Positions 37,493 through 46,836 of a stretch of 64,000 nt of DNA are shown here, piece after piece (the stretch's first letter is position 1; each line of letters opens with the position of its first letter). Origin of the DNA: Calditrichia bacterium. GTDB taxonomy: Bacteria; Calditrichota; Calditrichia; RBG-13-44-9; J075. The DNA lies in the NCBI GenBank assembly GCA_965227145.1, contig OZ245730.1, forward strand, positions 2,467,374 through 2,531,373, read 5' to 3'. The notes under the pieces are model-generated. The model did not search any database. It was not told where the DNA came from and saw nothing but the letters and a program-made list of their open reading frames with translations. The position numbers and the translations under genes were made by a program.

Positions 37493-40298
37493 ACTCATTC
37501 ATCGCGGCAGTGCCGCAATTGCGTTTCTGGTCAGTTTTTTTGTCTATCTTTCGACAATGGCGCCAACCGTTTCTTTTTGGGATTGTGGCGAATTTATTGC
37601 ATCATCGTATAAACTTGCTGTTCCGCATCCGCCGGGCGCACCGGTTTATTTGCTCATCGGAAGAATTTTTTCGATGCTGCCGATTTTCACCGATATTGCC
37701 GCACGCGTAAATTTTATTTCGGTGATAACTAGCGCATTTACCGTGCTGTTTTTGCATCTGATTATCGTTCATTTCATCAAAGATTATTTGAACAATCCGC
37801 TGGAAGGTCAGAAAAAAGTTGACCCAAATAAAGGATTCATGCGGTTTGTGCCTCATTTTGGCGGCTTGATCGGCTCACTCTGTTTTGCGTTTTCATACAG
37901 TTTCTGGTTCAACGCAGTGGAAGCGGAAGTTTACGCCATTTCAATGTTTTTCACCGCCATTTTTGTGTGGCTGGTTTTGGTCTGGAGCGATCATGCGGAG
38001 GAACGCAGCCGCGACCGCTATTTGCTGGTCATCGCATATTTGATGGGTTTGGCGATGGGTGTGCACATTTTAAATGCGTTGGTTTTGCCAACGCTCGTGA
38101 TGATCGTTTACTACCGCAAATATGAAACAAATATTGTCTCATTTGTTGTGATGGGCATTGTTGGCATTGCGTTGACCGCATTGCTTTATCCCGGCGTTGT
38201 TAAAGAAATTCCCGCAATAATCCAGACAACCGGATTTGCCGGATTCGGCGTTTTTCTGATTTTCCTCACGCTCGCACTGGCATATTTCGTTCAGAAAAAA
38301 ATGGATGTTCCGTCGCTGTTTTTTTCCTCGCTGTTGTTGATTATCATCGGATATTCCTCATTTATGATGGTGTTTATTCGCTCCAATCTCAACCCGAATA
38401 TCGATGAAAACGACCCGGAAACTATCGAAGCGTTTATCAGCTACATCAATCGCGAGCAATATGGCGATCACCATTTTGACCGGGAAAAACGCCGTCAGGA
38501 ATCACCCAATGGCAACCGCTACAAAAGCAGCAGCGATTTTTTCTGGAATTACCAGATCAACGAAATGTATGTGCGCTATTTTTACTGGAATTTTGGCGGC
38601 ATCGAAGATACAAACGATCTGAACCGCGAACGCAAACGCGCAGATGCCAGCCGGTTTTGGTATCTGCCGCTCATTTTGGGGGCGATCGGATTTGCCTATC
38701 ATGCTTTCCGGGACTGGAAAAAAGCGCTGGCTGTCGGTTTGCTCTTTTTCATGACGGGGCTGGCGATTGTGCTCTACCTTAATCAACCGGATCCACAGCC
38801 GCGAGAACGGGATTATAGTTATGTCGGCTCATTTTTCGCGTTTTCGATCTGGATCGGAATTGGCGCAGCCGCCATTTTGGAGATGCTCACCACGGCTTTA
38901 TCCAAGAAAGATTCGGTCAGCAACAGCCCGGTTGTGTGGGTTACGGCAGTGCTGATGTTTGTCATTCCGGCACGGATGTACACCGTGAATATCAATACAC
39001 ACGATCGTTCCGGGAATTTTGTGGCGTCGGATTATTCCTACAATATGCTTATCAATTCCGAAGATAATGCAATCATTTTCACCAATGGTGATAACGATAC
39101 ATTCCCGCTTTGGTATCTGCAGGAAGTGGAAGGCGTGCGGACAGATGTTCGCGTTGCCAACCTCAGCCTGCTGAATACCTCGTGGTATATAAAACAACTG
39201 CGTGACATGGAGCCAAAAGTGCCTATCAGCCTGAGCGATGACCAAATCAAACGCGTTGGTTTGGTGCCGTGGCCGAGCAGCAAAAATTTTGAAGTACCGA
39301 CAATTCCCGACCGGATCCGCGCCGCGGAAAAACGCGAATACCAGCTTTCAACCGGAAAAGATTCGGTAAATATCCCGGAAAAAATCGTATTCGAAGTTCG
39401 CCCGAAACTGGAAGGACCGATGCGCGGTGGAGAACGGCAGGGGTATCTCCGGGTGCAGGATTTCATGATTTTGAACATTCTCGCCAGCAACCGGTTCGAG
39501 AAACCGGTGTATTTCGCCGTTACCAGTTCCGATCAAAACCGGCTGGACGGGTTGCGCCAATATCAGCGGATGGACGGATTGCTGTTCAAAGTGACCACCA
39601 TTCCTGATTGGCAACTGGATGCAAAAACGTTGCACGATAACCTCATCAACCGTTTTCGTTATCGCAACCTCAACAACCCGGATGTGTATTATAATGAGAA
39701 TATCATCGGGCTGTTGCAAAATTACCGCTCCGCATTTTTCCGGTTGGCGACCCATTATTTATCGCAAAACGATAAAGAAAATTTCAAAGTTGTTATCAAT
39801 AAAATGTATGAAGTGATGCCGCCGGAAGTGATTCCGTTTACGAACAGCCAGTTCGAAGAAGTGCTGACAAGTTTGGCAATCATGGCAGATGTAATCCCGA
39901 TCGATACGCTCAAATCCGGTGAGCCGCAGTTGCGGGTATTCCGCGCGCTCGGCGAGGTTGGGTTCAATTACAAAAGTATGGAAGACGCCCGTTTCGGATA
40001 CGAAAATTTGCTGGACGCATTGGAAAATAACGATTCGCAAAGCCCTGTCATTTATGAATATATGCGCTCGCTGTATCCGCGTCCGCAAATTTATGAAAAC
40101 GCGCAGCCCGAACAACGCAAACAGGCGGTAGAAGAAGAAACCCGGCAAATTCGCCGGATGCTGGTTCGCGTTTACCGGGAGCTTGGCGCATACGATGAAG
40201 CAATTGCGCTGCTGGATAAAATTTTGATCGATCAACCCAGCGACAATTTTGCGAAAACCCAGCTCGACCAGATCAAAAAACTGCGTTCGGAACAATAG
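37482..40298 (+). CDS. DUF2723-family GT-C membrane glycosyltransferase (TMEM260-like) with C-terminal helical/TPR region
   Basis: TVSFWDCGEFI, VPHPPGAP, WFNAVEAEVYA, GVHIL, PRERDY.YVGS, FTNGDNDTFPLWY.QEVEG.R.DV motifs. Confidence 0.88.
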   Translation: MNDKLIHRGSAAIAFLVSFFVYLSTMAPTVSFWDCGEFIASSYKLAVPHPPGAPVYLLIGRIFSMLPIFTDIAARVNFISVITSAFTVLFLHLIIVHFIKDYLNNPLEGQKKVDPNKGFMRFVPHFGGLIGSLCFAFSYSFWFNAVEAEVYAISMFFTAIFVWLVLVWSDHAEERSRDRYLLVIAYLMGLAMGVHILNALVLPTLVMIVYYRKYETNIVSFVVMGIVGIALTALLYPGVVKEIPAIIQTTGFAGFGVFLIFLTLALAYFVQKKMDVPSLFFSSLLLIIIGYSSFMMVFIRSNLNPNIDENDPETIEAFISYINREQYGDHHFDREKRRQESPNGNRYKSSSDFFWNYQINEMYVRYFYWNFGGIEDTNDLNRERKRADASRFWYLPLILGAIGFAYHAFRDWKKALAVGLLFFMTGLAIVLYLNQPDPQPRERDYSYVGSFFAFSIWIGIGAAAILEMLTTALSKKDSVSNSPVVWVTAVLMFVIPARMYTVNINTHDRSGNFVASDYSYNMLINSEDNAIIFTNGDNDTFPLWYLQEVEGVRTDVRVANLSLLNTSWYIKQLRDMEPKVPISLSDDQIKRVGLVPWPSSKNFEVPTIPDRIRAAEKREYQLSTGKDSVNIPEKIVFEVRPKLEGPMRGGERQGYLRVQDFMILNILASNRFEKPVYFAVTSSDQNRLDGLRQYQRMDGLLFKVTTIPDWQLDAKTLHDNLINRFRYRNLNNPDVYYNENIIGLLQNYRSAFFRLATHYLSQNDKENFKVVINKMYEVMPPEVIPFTNSQFEEVLTSLAIMADVIPIDTLKSGEPQLRVFRALGEVGFNYKSMEDARFGYENLLDALENNDSQSPVIYEYMRSLYPRPQIYENAQPEQRKQAVEEETRQIRRMLVRVYRELGAYDEAIALLDKILIDQPSDNFAKTQLDQIKKLRSEQ

Positions 40299-40309
40299 TC
40301 AGGCTGCCG

Positions 40310-41287
40310 ATGAAAAAGGTTGTATCAAACATTCTGCGATTTTTGATCAGCTTTGGCGTGCTGGGCGGTTTGGTTTATCTGATCGGTTTGGACCGGATTA
40401 TTGATAATTTTCGTTCGGTTGATCCGGCGCTATTACTGTTCGCCATCGGCATTTTTGTTGTGATTTTGGTGCTGATGGCTTTTCGCTGGCAAATTTTACT
40501 CGTCAGCCAAAACCACTCGCCGGGCTATTGGAAATTGTTGATGTTTTATTTCATCGGCTATTTTTTCAATAATTTTCTGCCGACTGCAATCGGCGGCGAT
40601 GTGAGCCGTGCGTATTATGTCGGACGTGCCAACGGCAACCTGCCGCTCAGCGTCGGTACCGTTTTATTTGAGCGAATTTTGGGCGTACTCGCAACGCTGA
40701 CCCTCGCCACCATTTCCATGATTTGGGTTGCAAAAGAGCTGGATCCTGCAATTATTTTCACAACCGCGGTGGTTTTTGGCATCGTGATGGTTAGCATGAT
40801 CGTTTTGTTAAACCCGGCGCTGTTCTCACTTTGCCAACGTATCTTCAGTAAAATCAGTATCTTCTCAATCGGCGAAAAAATAAACAGCATTCTCGAATCC
40901 ATCCATTTTTATCGCAATGCGAAATTTGCGGTTTTGGGCGGCTATCTGCTGTCGGTAACATTCCAGTTCCTTTTTGTGGCGATGAATTATGTTTTGGCAC
41001 AATCGCTGGGGTTGTCGCAGGTTACCTTTATCCAGCTATTACTGGTGATTCCGATTACGTTTGTGATGGGTTTATTGCCCTCGGTAAACGGATTAGGTGT
41101 GCGGGAATCGGGTTACGTTGTGTTGCTCGCCAATGTTTTTCACAGCGCAACCGCAGGGGAAGCGATTGCGCTTTCGTTGCTGAACACATCCGTCCCGGTT
41201 TTGGTGAGTTTGGCCGGCGGCGTAATGCTGCTGTTTTACAAACACAACCATCCGGCAGCCAGCACGGATTCTCCGCCGGTTCCGTAA
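40310..41287 (+). CDS. LPG-synthase-TM / UPF0104 flippase-like membrane protein
   Basis: RWQILL, GYFFNNFLPTAIGGD..R, ERILG, P.S.NGLGVRE motifs. Confidence 0.85.
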   Translation: MKKVVSNILRFLISFGVLGGLVYLIGLDRIIDNFRSVDPALLLFAIGIFVVILVLMAFRWQILLVSQNHSPGYWKLLMFYFIGYFFNNFLPTAIGGDVSRAYYVGRANGNLPLSVGTVLFERILGVLATLTLATISMIWVAKELDPAIIFTTAVVFGIVMVSMIVLLNPALFSLCQRIFSKISIFSIGEKINSILESIHFYRNAKFAVLGGYLLSVTFQFLFVAMNYVLAQSLGLSQVTFIQLLLVIPITFVMGLLPSVNGLGVRESGYVVLLANVFHSATAGEAIALSLLNTSVPVLVSLAGGVMLLFYKHNHPAASTDSPPVP

Positions 41288-41490
41288 ACAAGTTGTTGCA
41301 ATATTTTGGATGTTGCGATATATTGATTCAATTATCGGTTTTAATTTACTTCTCAAACCATACCTCCTCGCACCCATTTTTCGAAAACCTTTTGTCGAAA
41401 AACCTGACCATTTTATCGATATTTTTTTGATATCTGTTGGGTTTTCCGCAATTTGGAATTATAATGATAACCGTAAACCAGAGGTGAAAA

Positions 41491-42507
41491 ATGATGCGTA
41501 AACTATTGTTTTTGATGATTGTTGTGATGATTGCCGGATGCAAACCGAAACCCAACAGCCTCGGTAAACTGGACGAAATTTATGTATTTGCAGATTCAAC
41601 CGATTGGCAAGATTATCGCGACGCGATACACAGCCATTTTATGAAGGAATACCTCACACCGGTTCCGGAACCGGAATACATTATGAAATGGCGACCCTTT
41701 GAAGATTTCTCAAAATACCATTATCAAAACAACGTTTTCTTTTTAGCCAGATTGAACGCTGATGATCCGGTTTCCAAAGAAATCAACGGTTTACTCGGCG
41801 AGGATGTTGTTCAGGGTGTCAAATCCGGTGATTATTTTTACATCCCCAAAAAGGATGTGTGGGCGTTAAATCAATATGTTGTATTTTTGGTTGCGCCGGA
41901 TAAAGAAGCCATGATCCAGCGGCTTTACGATCTGGGCGAGCTGGTTTACGATGATTTTGAGAAATCCTACTATCAGCGGTTAAAAAAACAAATGTTTGAG
42001 CGCGGGGAAGATGACAATTTAGCGGAATATATTTCCAATAATTTCCCGTTTACTTTGCGTATTCAACACGATTACAAACTGGTTGATGAATCAGAAAGCG
42101 AACACTACCTTTGGCTGCGCCGGATTTATCCCGATCGCGATCGCTCGTTAACCGTTCGCTGGATTCCGGATGCAGATTCGATCACCATCAGCCCAAGCTG
42201 GTTGATCAAAAAACGCAACGAGTTGGCAGCGCAAATCCATTCCGGTGATGTGGTGGTTGAGCAGGAGACCATTGCCGAGCAAGTGCGGTTTCAAAAATGG
42301 CCGGCAATGCGGCTGGAAGGCACCTGGAAAAATCCCAAGCGAATGATCGGCGGACCGTTCAGAACCATCGCTTTCAAAGATTCGGAAAGCAGCACCATTT
42401 ACATCATCGACTTTTATGTTCAGGCAATTGGTGAGCGTAAAAAACCTTATCTCGATCAGTTGGATGTCATCGCACACACGTTCCAGTTGGAAACCGAAAA
42501 AGGTTGA
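41491..42507 (+). CDS. DUF4837-family lipoprotein
   Basis: Lipobox IAGC; TP.PEP.Y, DVWA.NQ, RLEGTW.....GGPF, YLDQLDVIAHT motifs. Confidence 0.7.
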   Translation: MMRKLLFLMIVVMIAGCKPKPNSLGKLDEIYVFADSTDWQDYRDAIHSHFMKEYLTPVPEPEYIMKWRPFEDFSKYHYQNNVFFLARLNADDPVSKEINGLLGEDVVQGVKSGDYFYIPKKDVWALNQYVVFLVAPDKEAMIQRLYDLGELVYDDFEKSYYQRLKKQMFERGEDDNLAEYISNNFPFTLRIQHDYKLVDESESEHYLWLRRIYPDRDRSLTVRWIPDADSITISPSWLIKKRNELAAQIHSGDVVVEQETIAEQVRFQKWPAMRLEGTWKNPKRMIGGPFRTIAFKDSESSTIYIIDFYVQAIGERKKPYLDQLDVIAHTFQLETEKG

Positions 42508-42555
42508 CCGGAAAATTCAACTCATTTAAAAATTGGCAGTTTAAGGAATCTCATT

Positions 42556-43476
42556 ATGAAAATCACTGTTGTCGGCACCATAAATAAAGATTTGATTTTA
42601 CCCTTTAACGATGTGCCCATTGAAAGTTTTGGTGGTATTTTTTATGATATCGGGATTCTTTCACAAATTGCCCAAGGTGTTGAAATTACACCAGTTAGCT
42701 ATGTTGGCGATGATGTCGTAACTACCGTTCTGGCAATTTTGCAGAAACTGCCAAATGTTACAACCGAAGGATTGGTAAAATTGCCCGGAACACACCATAA
42801 AGTGATTCTGGAATACATCTCACCGTCTCAGCGATCCGAAAAAGCATTGTTTCCGTTTCCCTCGTTGGAATGGGAGCACATCGAACCATACACCGATGCC
42901 GATTTCATCATCCTGAACATGATTACCGGCTGGGATATCGAATTGTCAACCTTTCAAAAATTATGCGAAAAATGCGGCGATCGTATGTACATGGATTTCC
43001 ATTTTCTCGCCTGTGGTGTCGATGAACTCGGCAAGCGAATTCGCAGAATACCGGAAAACCTGCAAACCTGGTTAAGCGGACCACGATTTATGCAGATGAA
43101 TGAAGACGAATTTGCGACGCTAAACGACCAAAAAGAGAGTGAAAAAGAGTTTTTTCAGAGATATTTCCGTGACGATCAGGTATTGATTTTGACCAAAGCC
43201 AGTCAGGGAACTTCGTTGATTTATCGAAAAAACGGCATCACCGGCAAAAAAGATTTTCCCGGTAACAAAATCCCGCGATTGATCGATTCCACCGGCTGCG
43301 GCGATGCCTTCGGCGCAGGTTTTGTCACCCATTATCTTGAAAATAACGATATGTTTGAAGCTGCAACATTTGGAAATATTGTGGCTGCGGCAAAAGCAAC
43401 GCTGCGCGGCACCAACGAAATGTATCGATTGAAAGAAAAAATTTCCGACATCAAAGCGTTAAATCGTGTCAAATAA
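42556..43476 (+). CDS. PfkB/ribokinase-family carbohydrate kinase
   Basis: VVGTINKD, MNEDE and DSTGCGDAFGAGF (PfkB signature 2). Confidence 0.88.
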   Translation: MKITVVGTINKDLILPFNDVPIESFGGIFYDIGILSQIAQGVEITPVSYVGDDVVTTVLAILQKLPNVTTEGLVKLPGTHHKVILEYISPSQRSEKALFPFPSLEWEHIEPYTDADFIILNMITGWDIELSTFQKLCEKCGDRMYMDFHFLACGVDELGKRIRRIPENLQTWLSGPRFMQMNEDEFATLNDQKESEKEFFQRYFRDDQVLILTKASQGTSLIYRKNGITGKKDFPGNKIPRLIDSTGCGDAFGAGFVTHYLENNDMFEAATFGNIVAAAKATLRGTNEMYRLKEKISDIKALNRVK

Positions 43477-43515
43477 AAAAACCTCCGGAGAGCAACTACT
43501 TTTCGGAGGTTTTTT
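43476..43515. terminator. Bidirectional intrinsic terminator between pfkB-like gene and TonB receptor
   Basis: AAAAAACCTCCG...CGGAGGTTTTTT inverted repeat. Confidence 0.75.
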
Positions 43516-43550
43516 GTCAATATGGCTTAACAGAACCCTTTTCTCCCCAA

Positions 43551-45815
43551 TCAAAATGTAAATTCTGCGCCGAAAATCCAGTTTCTGCCGGGCATCCGGT
43601 AGCGCGCAAGCTCTTCATATTCCGTATCCAAAATATTGTTTAATGACACCGAAAACTGCACGGTCGGGTTGAGTTTATACAGCAACTTGCTGTTCATCAC
43701 CCAAAACGCGTCGGGTTTTGACGAGGGATAGAGGAACACTTCGTCGATTGCGCTGCGGTAGCGACCGTTCACATTCAGCGTGAGCGTCTGATACCGGAAA
43801 TCCGAGTTGAGGTGCATGCTGTGTTTCGCGCGATACGCCAAAATATCATCCAGCCGGTTGGGTGACTGATCTTTTGCATCCAGATATGTGTAGTTAAACG
43901 AGCCGCGCCAATGGCGTTTCCAATGGGCGCTCAGCGTTATTTCAATACCCTGCATCAATGCCCTGTTTAAATTGCGCACCTGAAAAAATGGAAAGGTGAC
44001 GCCTTTTTCATCTTTGATATCTACCCAATAAATCATGTCATCGTATTGATAGCGGAACAACGCAACATCAAGATCGGCGGATCTGCTGAATTGCCAGCGA
44101 GAACCGATTTCCAGCGAGTATTGCATCTTTTCCGCATCCAGATCCGGGTTGGGTTCAAACAATGTTCCCCCGCCGATTTCCCGCTGGAAAAAGCGCTCCG
44201 CAATGGTCGGCGCACGAAACGCCTGCGCCATGAGCAGGCGGATACTCATATCCTCAGTCGGGCGATAAACAAATGATATTTTTGGACTTAGCTGGCTCAA
44301 TGTTTTGCCGCTGACCAAATGGTTGTGGTCGTATCGAATACCAAAAGTGCTGATCAATTTGGGATGTGGCGTGTATTCATATTGCATAAATCCGGCAATA
44401 TTATTGATCTGGCGATTGCCGTAAAGCACCGTATCCGGCGAAGATTCGACATGATCAACCTGGGTATCAATCCCAGCAATCAGGTAATGTTTCTCATTTA
44501 CAAACCAGTCCAATTGTGAAATATTGCCAAATTTTTGCCCGTCGATGACCGTTTTGGTGCCAAACGGCTCGTTGAAAGGAATCTCGTAATTCGGGTCATC
44601 TTCATTAAAATATGAGCGCGCGGCATTCAAATAATAATAAAATCGCGATGAATATTTCACATTGCCGTTGGGAACCGCCCAATAATGAACATCCGCGTTA
44701 AACTGGCGTTTCACCTGCCGGTCGTCGGTGTATTCATCTTTGACGTTCAGCGGTTTGGCGCCATTCAGCCATGAGTGGGGATAGTCGTTTTCTGCATAAC
44801 CGCCGCCAACGGTAATTTCTACGTTGCGGTTGTATTTTAAACCGAGCATAATTTTGCTGAAAACATCATAAAATTCATAAGCGGTATTTTGGGCGTGACC
44901 GTCCGAATGTTTGCGGCTAACGTTGAACAAATAACTAACCTCGCCGGCTGAGCCGGAATAGCTCAGTTCGGCTTCACTTTGGTAACGGCGCGAATCGTAA
45001 TATTTGATGGCTTCCGGTGCATCTTCCAGAAAACCGCCTTTTAGCGAGATGGAGGTCAGCGATTTATACGATGGCCGTCGCGTAATCACGTTCACCACGC
45101 CACCCATTGCGGTCGAGCCGTAAAGGCTTGAAAATGCGCCTTTTACGACTTCAACTCGTTCGATCAATTTGGTGGGAACGAGGCTCCAGTATGCGCCGCC
45201 GGCATCCGATGTCAGCGCCGGACGACCGTCGATCATCAATAAAACGCGATTGCCAATGCCGCCACCGGCGACATCCGAGCTGCCGCGAATGCCCAGGCTT
45301 TGCACGTTTACGCCGGTTGTCCGGTACACTGAAACGCCCGGAACGGATTCCAGCGCCTGATCAAATGTGGTCACCGGACGGGATTCGAGTTCCTCCGCGC
45401 GGAGAATTACCACGCTGGCAGGTGCCATTTTTGCGGTTTGTTCCTTTCGCGCAGCGGTGACCAGCACGGCTTCACTTTCGATTTCTGTGGGCATGAGCGC
45501 GATATCCCGTGAGAGCAATTTCCCATTGGTGATGGAAATTCTCTCCCGAAACGTCGAATATCCCAATCGCGACACTTCCAGCGTATAATTTCCCGGCGGA
45601 ATATAACGAATAACATAATGACCGTCTGCGCTGGTTTCGCTGCCGAGTAATACGCTATCCAGAAACACATTTGCAAAAGCCAGCGGACTTTTCGTTTGGC
45701 TGTCGAATACTTTTCCGGCAACAATTCCCGTTTGTTTCATCAGCGACTGATTGGTTTGTGCAACCGCGAAAGTAATGGAAAACAGTGCCAGCAATATAGA
45801 TAAATATTTTGTCAT
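43551..45815 (-). CDS. TonB-dependent receptor with N-terminal carboxypeptidase-regulatory-like domain
   Basis: Signal peptide; V.VTA.R, IRG, MIDGRP, IERVEVVKGAFSSLYGS.AMGGVVNVIT plug; NILDTEY..PGR..F C-terminus. Confidence 0.93.
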   Translation of the reverse strand: MTKYLSILLALFSITFAVAQTNQSLMKQTGIVAGKVFDSQTKSPLAFANVFLDSVLLGSETSADGHYVIRYIPPGNYTLEVSRLGYSTFRERISITNGKLLSRDIALMPTEIESEAVLVTAARKEQTAKMAPASVVILRAEELESRPVTTFDQALESVPGVSVYRTTGVNVQSLGIRGSSDVAGGGIGNRVLLMIDGRPALTSDAGGAYWSLVPTKLIERVEVVKGAFSSLYGSTAMGGVVNVITRRPSYKSLTSISLKGGFLEDAPEAIKYYDSRRYQSEAELSYSGSAGEVSYLFNVSRKHSDGHAQNTAYEFYDVFSKIMLGLKYNRNVEITVGGGYAENDYPHSWLNGAKPLNVKDEYTDDRQVKRQFNADVHYWAVPNGNVKYSSRFYYYLNAARSYFNEDDPNYEIPFNEPFGTKTVIDGQKFGNISQLDWFVNEKHYLIAGIDTQVDHVESSPDTVLYGNRQINNIAGFMQYEYTPHPKLISTFGIRYDHNHLVSGKTLSQLSPKISFVYRPTEDMSIRLLMAQAFRAPTIAERFFQREIGGGTLFEPNPDLDAEKMQYSLEIGSRWQFSRSADLDVALFRYQYDDMIYWVDIKDEKGVTFPFFQVRNLNRALMQGIEITLSAHWKRHWRGSFNYTYLDAKDQSPNRLDDILAYRAKHSMHLNSDFRYQTLTLNVNGRYRSAIDEVFLYPSSKPDAFWVMNSKLLYKLNPTVQFSVSLNNILDTEYEELARYRMPGRNWIFGAEFTF

Positions 45816-45929
45816 TCATTCCTCATTCGAAACAGGGCAATCAATTTGCTGATCAATTAACGCAGAATGCCCGAACGTTTATGTGTCCGAGCATTCTATA
45901 ATATTACGATAGCCAGATGTGAAACCGGA

Positions 45930-46433
45930 TCACGGAGAATAATTCAGATTGGCTACAATATTTAATCCGGTCAGGTCAATGTTATCATTATCAATCGTGA
46001 CAGATTTCGGACCAACAGCCTGATCCGGCAAATTACCCTGCGGGGTGGGGAAAACGCCAACGCTATCCGTGAATTGCCAGTACATGCCAATCAACTGGGT
46101 TGCAGCAGGATTTTGCGGGTCGCGGGCGCTCACATAAATTGCAGTATAAGTGCCTTTTTCCAACCCTTCGAGGGTATAATTGTATGTTGTGGTTCCGCTT
46201 GCAATCGGATCGGTGAAGCCGTCCGGTGCTGCCATTGGAATATACGGGGCTGTCAAATCCTTATAAATCGATACCTGAACTTCGCGGGACGCGGGCCAGG
46301 TGCCAACAAACGTAACCGTTCCGGAAACGCTGCCGGTATCCGGTGCAGTCGGATCATCATCGCTGCAACCACTGAAAAAAATAAAACCCACCACCATTCC
46401 AACGCCGATAATACCTCTCAACCAGTTACTCAT
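45930..46433 (-). CDS. Hypothetical lipoprotein upstream of the TonB receptor
   Basis: RBS AAGGAG; lipobox FSGC; beta-rich sequence. Start placed at MSNWLRG. Confidence 0.65.
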   Translation of the reverse strand: MSNWLRGIIGVGMVVGFIFFSGCSDDDPTAPDTGSVSGTVTFVGTWPASREVQVSIYKDLTAPYIPMAAPDGFTDPIASGTTTYNYTLEGLEKGTYTAIYVSARDPQNPAATQLIGMYWQFTDSVGVFPTPQGNLPDQAVGPKSVTIDNDNIDLTGLNIVANLNYSP

Positions 46434-46836
46434 ATTCCTTAACTCCTTTAAATTATATTTTGTGTCGTCGTTTTCGACGCAATTGCGTCCGATTTTCAAA
46501 CGTCAATTAAGCTTGCAAGTCAGGTGCCAAAGTTGAACGATTAAAAGCTCATTGCATTTTCTTGGCGGTATCACATTGTTTATTATACATTTATACACAC
46601 AAACAGCCTAACCTGCGGTTATTTCAAATACCGGTTTCGTTTCACATTGAAATAAAAGCTGTTTCAATTTGGAAATTTTTGGTGATTAGATGCAGTTTTG
46701 TGGCACCTGTTTTGAATTCACGGTAAAAAGATTAGACCATTATTCACTTGCAATGGTTTTCATGGATGGCTTAAATTCGCGGTTTCAAAACAGAAAATAG
46801 AAGCTAAACCATACTATTCAATAAGGAAATTTTTAA

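Noticed and set aside
42556-43476. PfkB kinase as the missing MurNAc kinase
   Set aside because: It is in a different operon ~20 kb from murQ, and the known AnmK/MurK kinases belong to the ASKHA fold, not PfkB.
4689-43515. Shared AGCAACT loop sequence in the terminators at 4689 and 43476
   Set aside because: Only 7 nt with unrelated stems; compatible with chance.
46434-46836. thr-operon leader peptide/attenuator
   Set aside because: No Thr/Ile-rich short ORF or terminator hairpin seen; the short ORF near 46752 (MVFMDGLNSRFQNRK) has no Thr.
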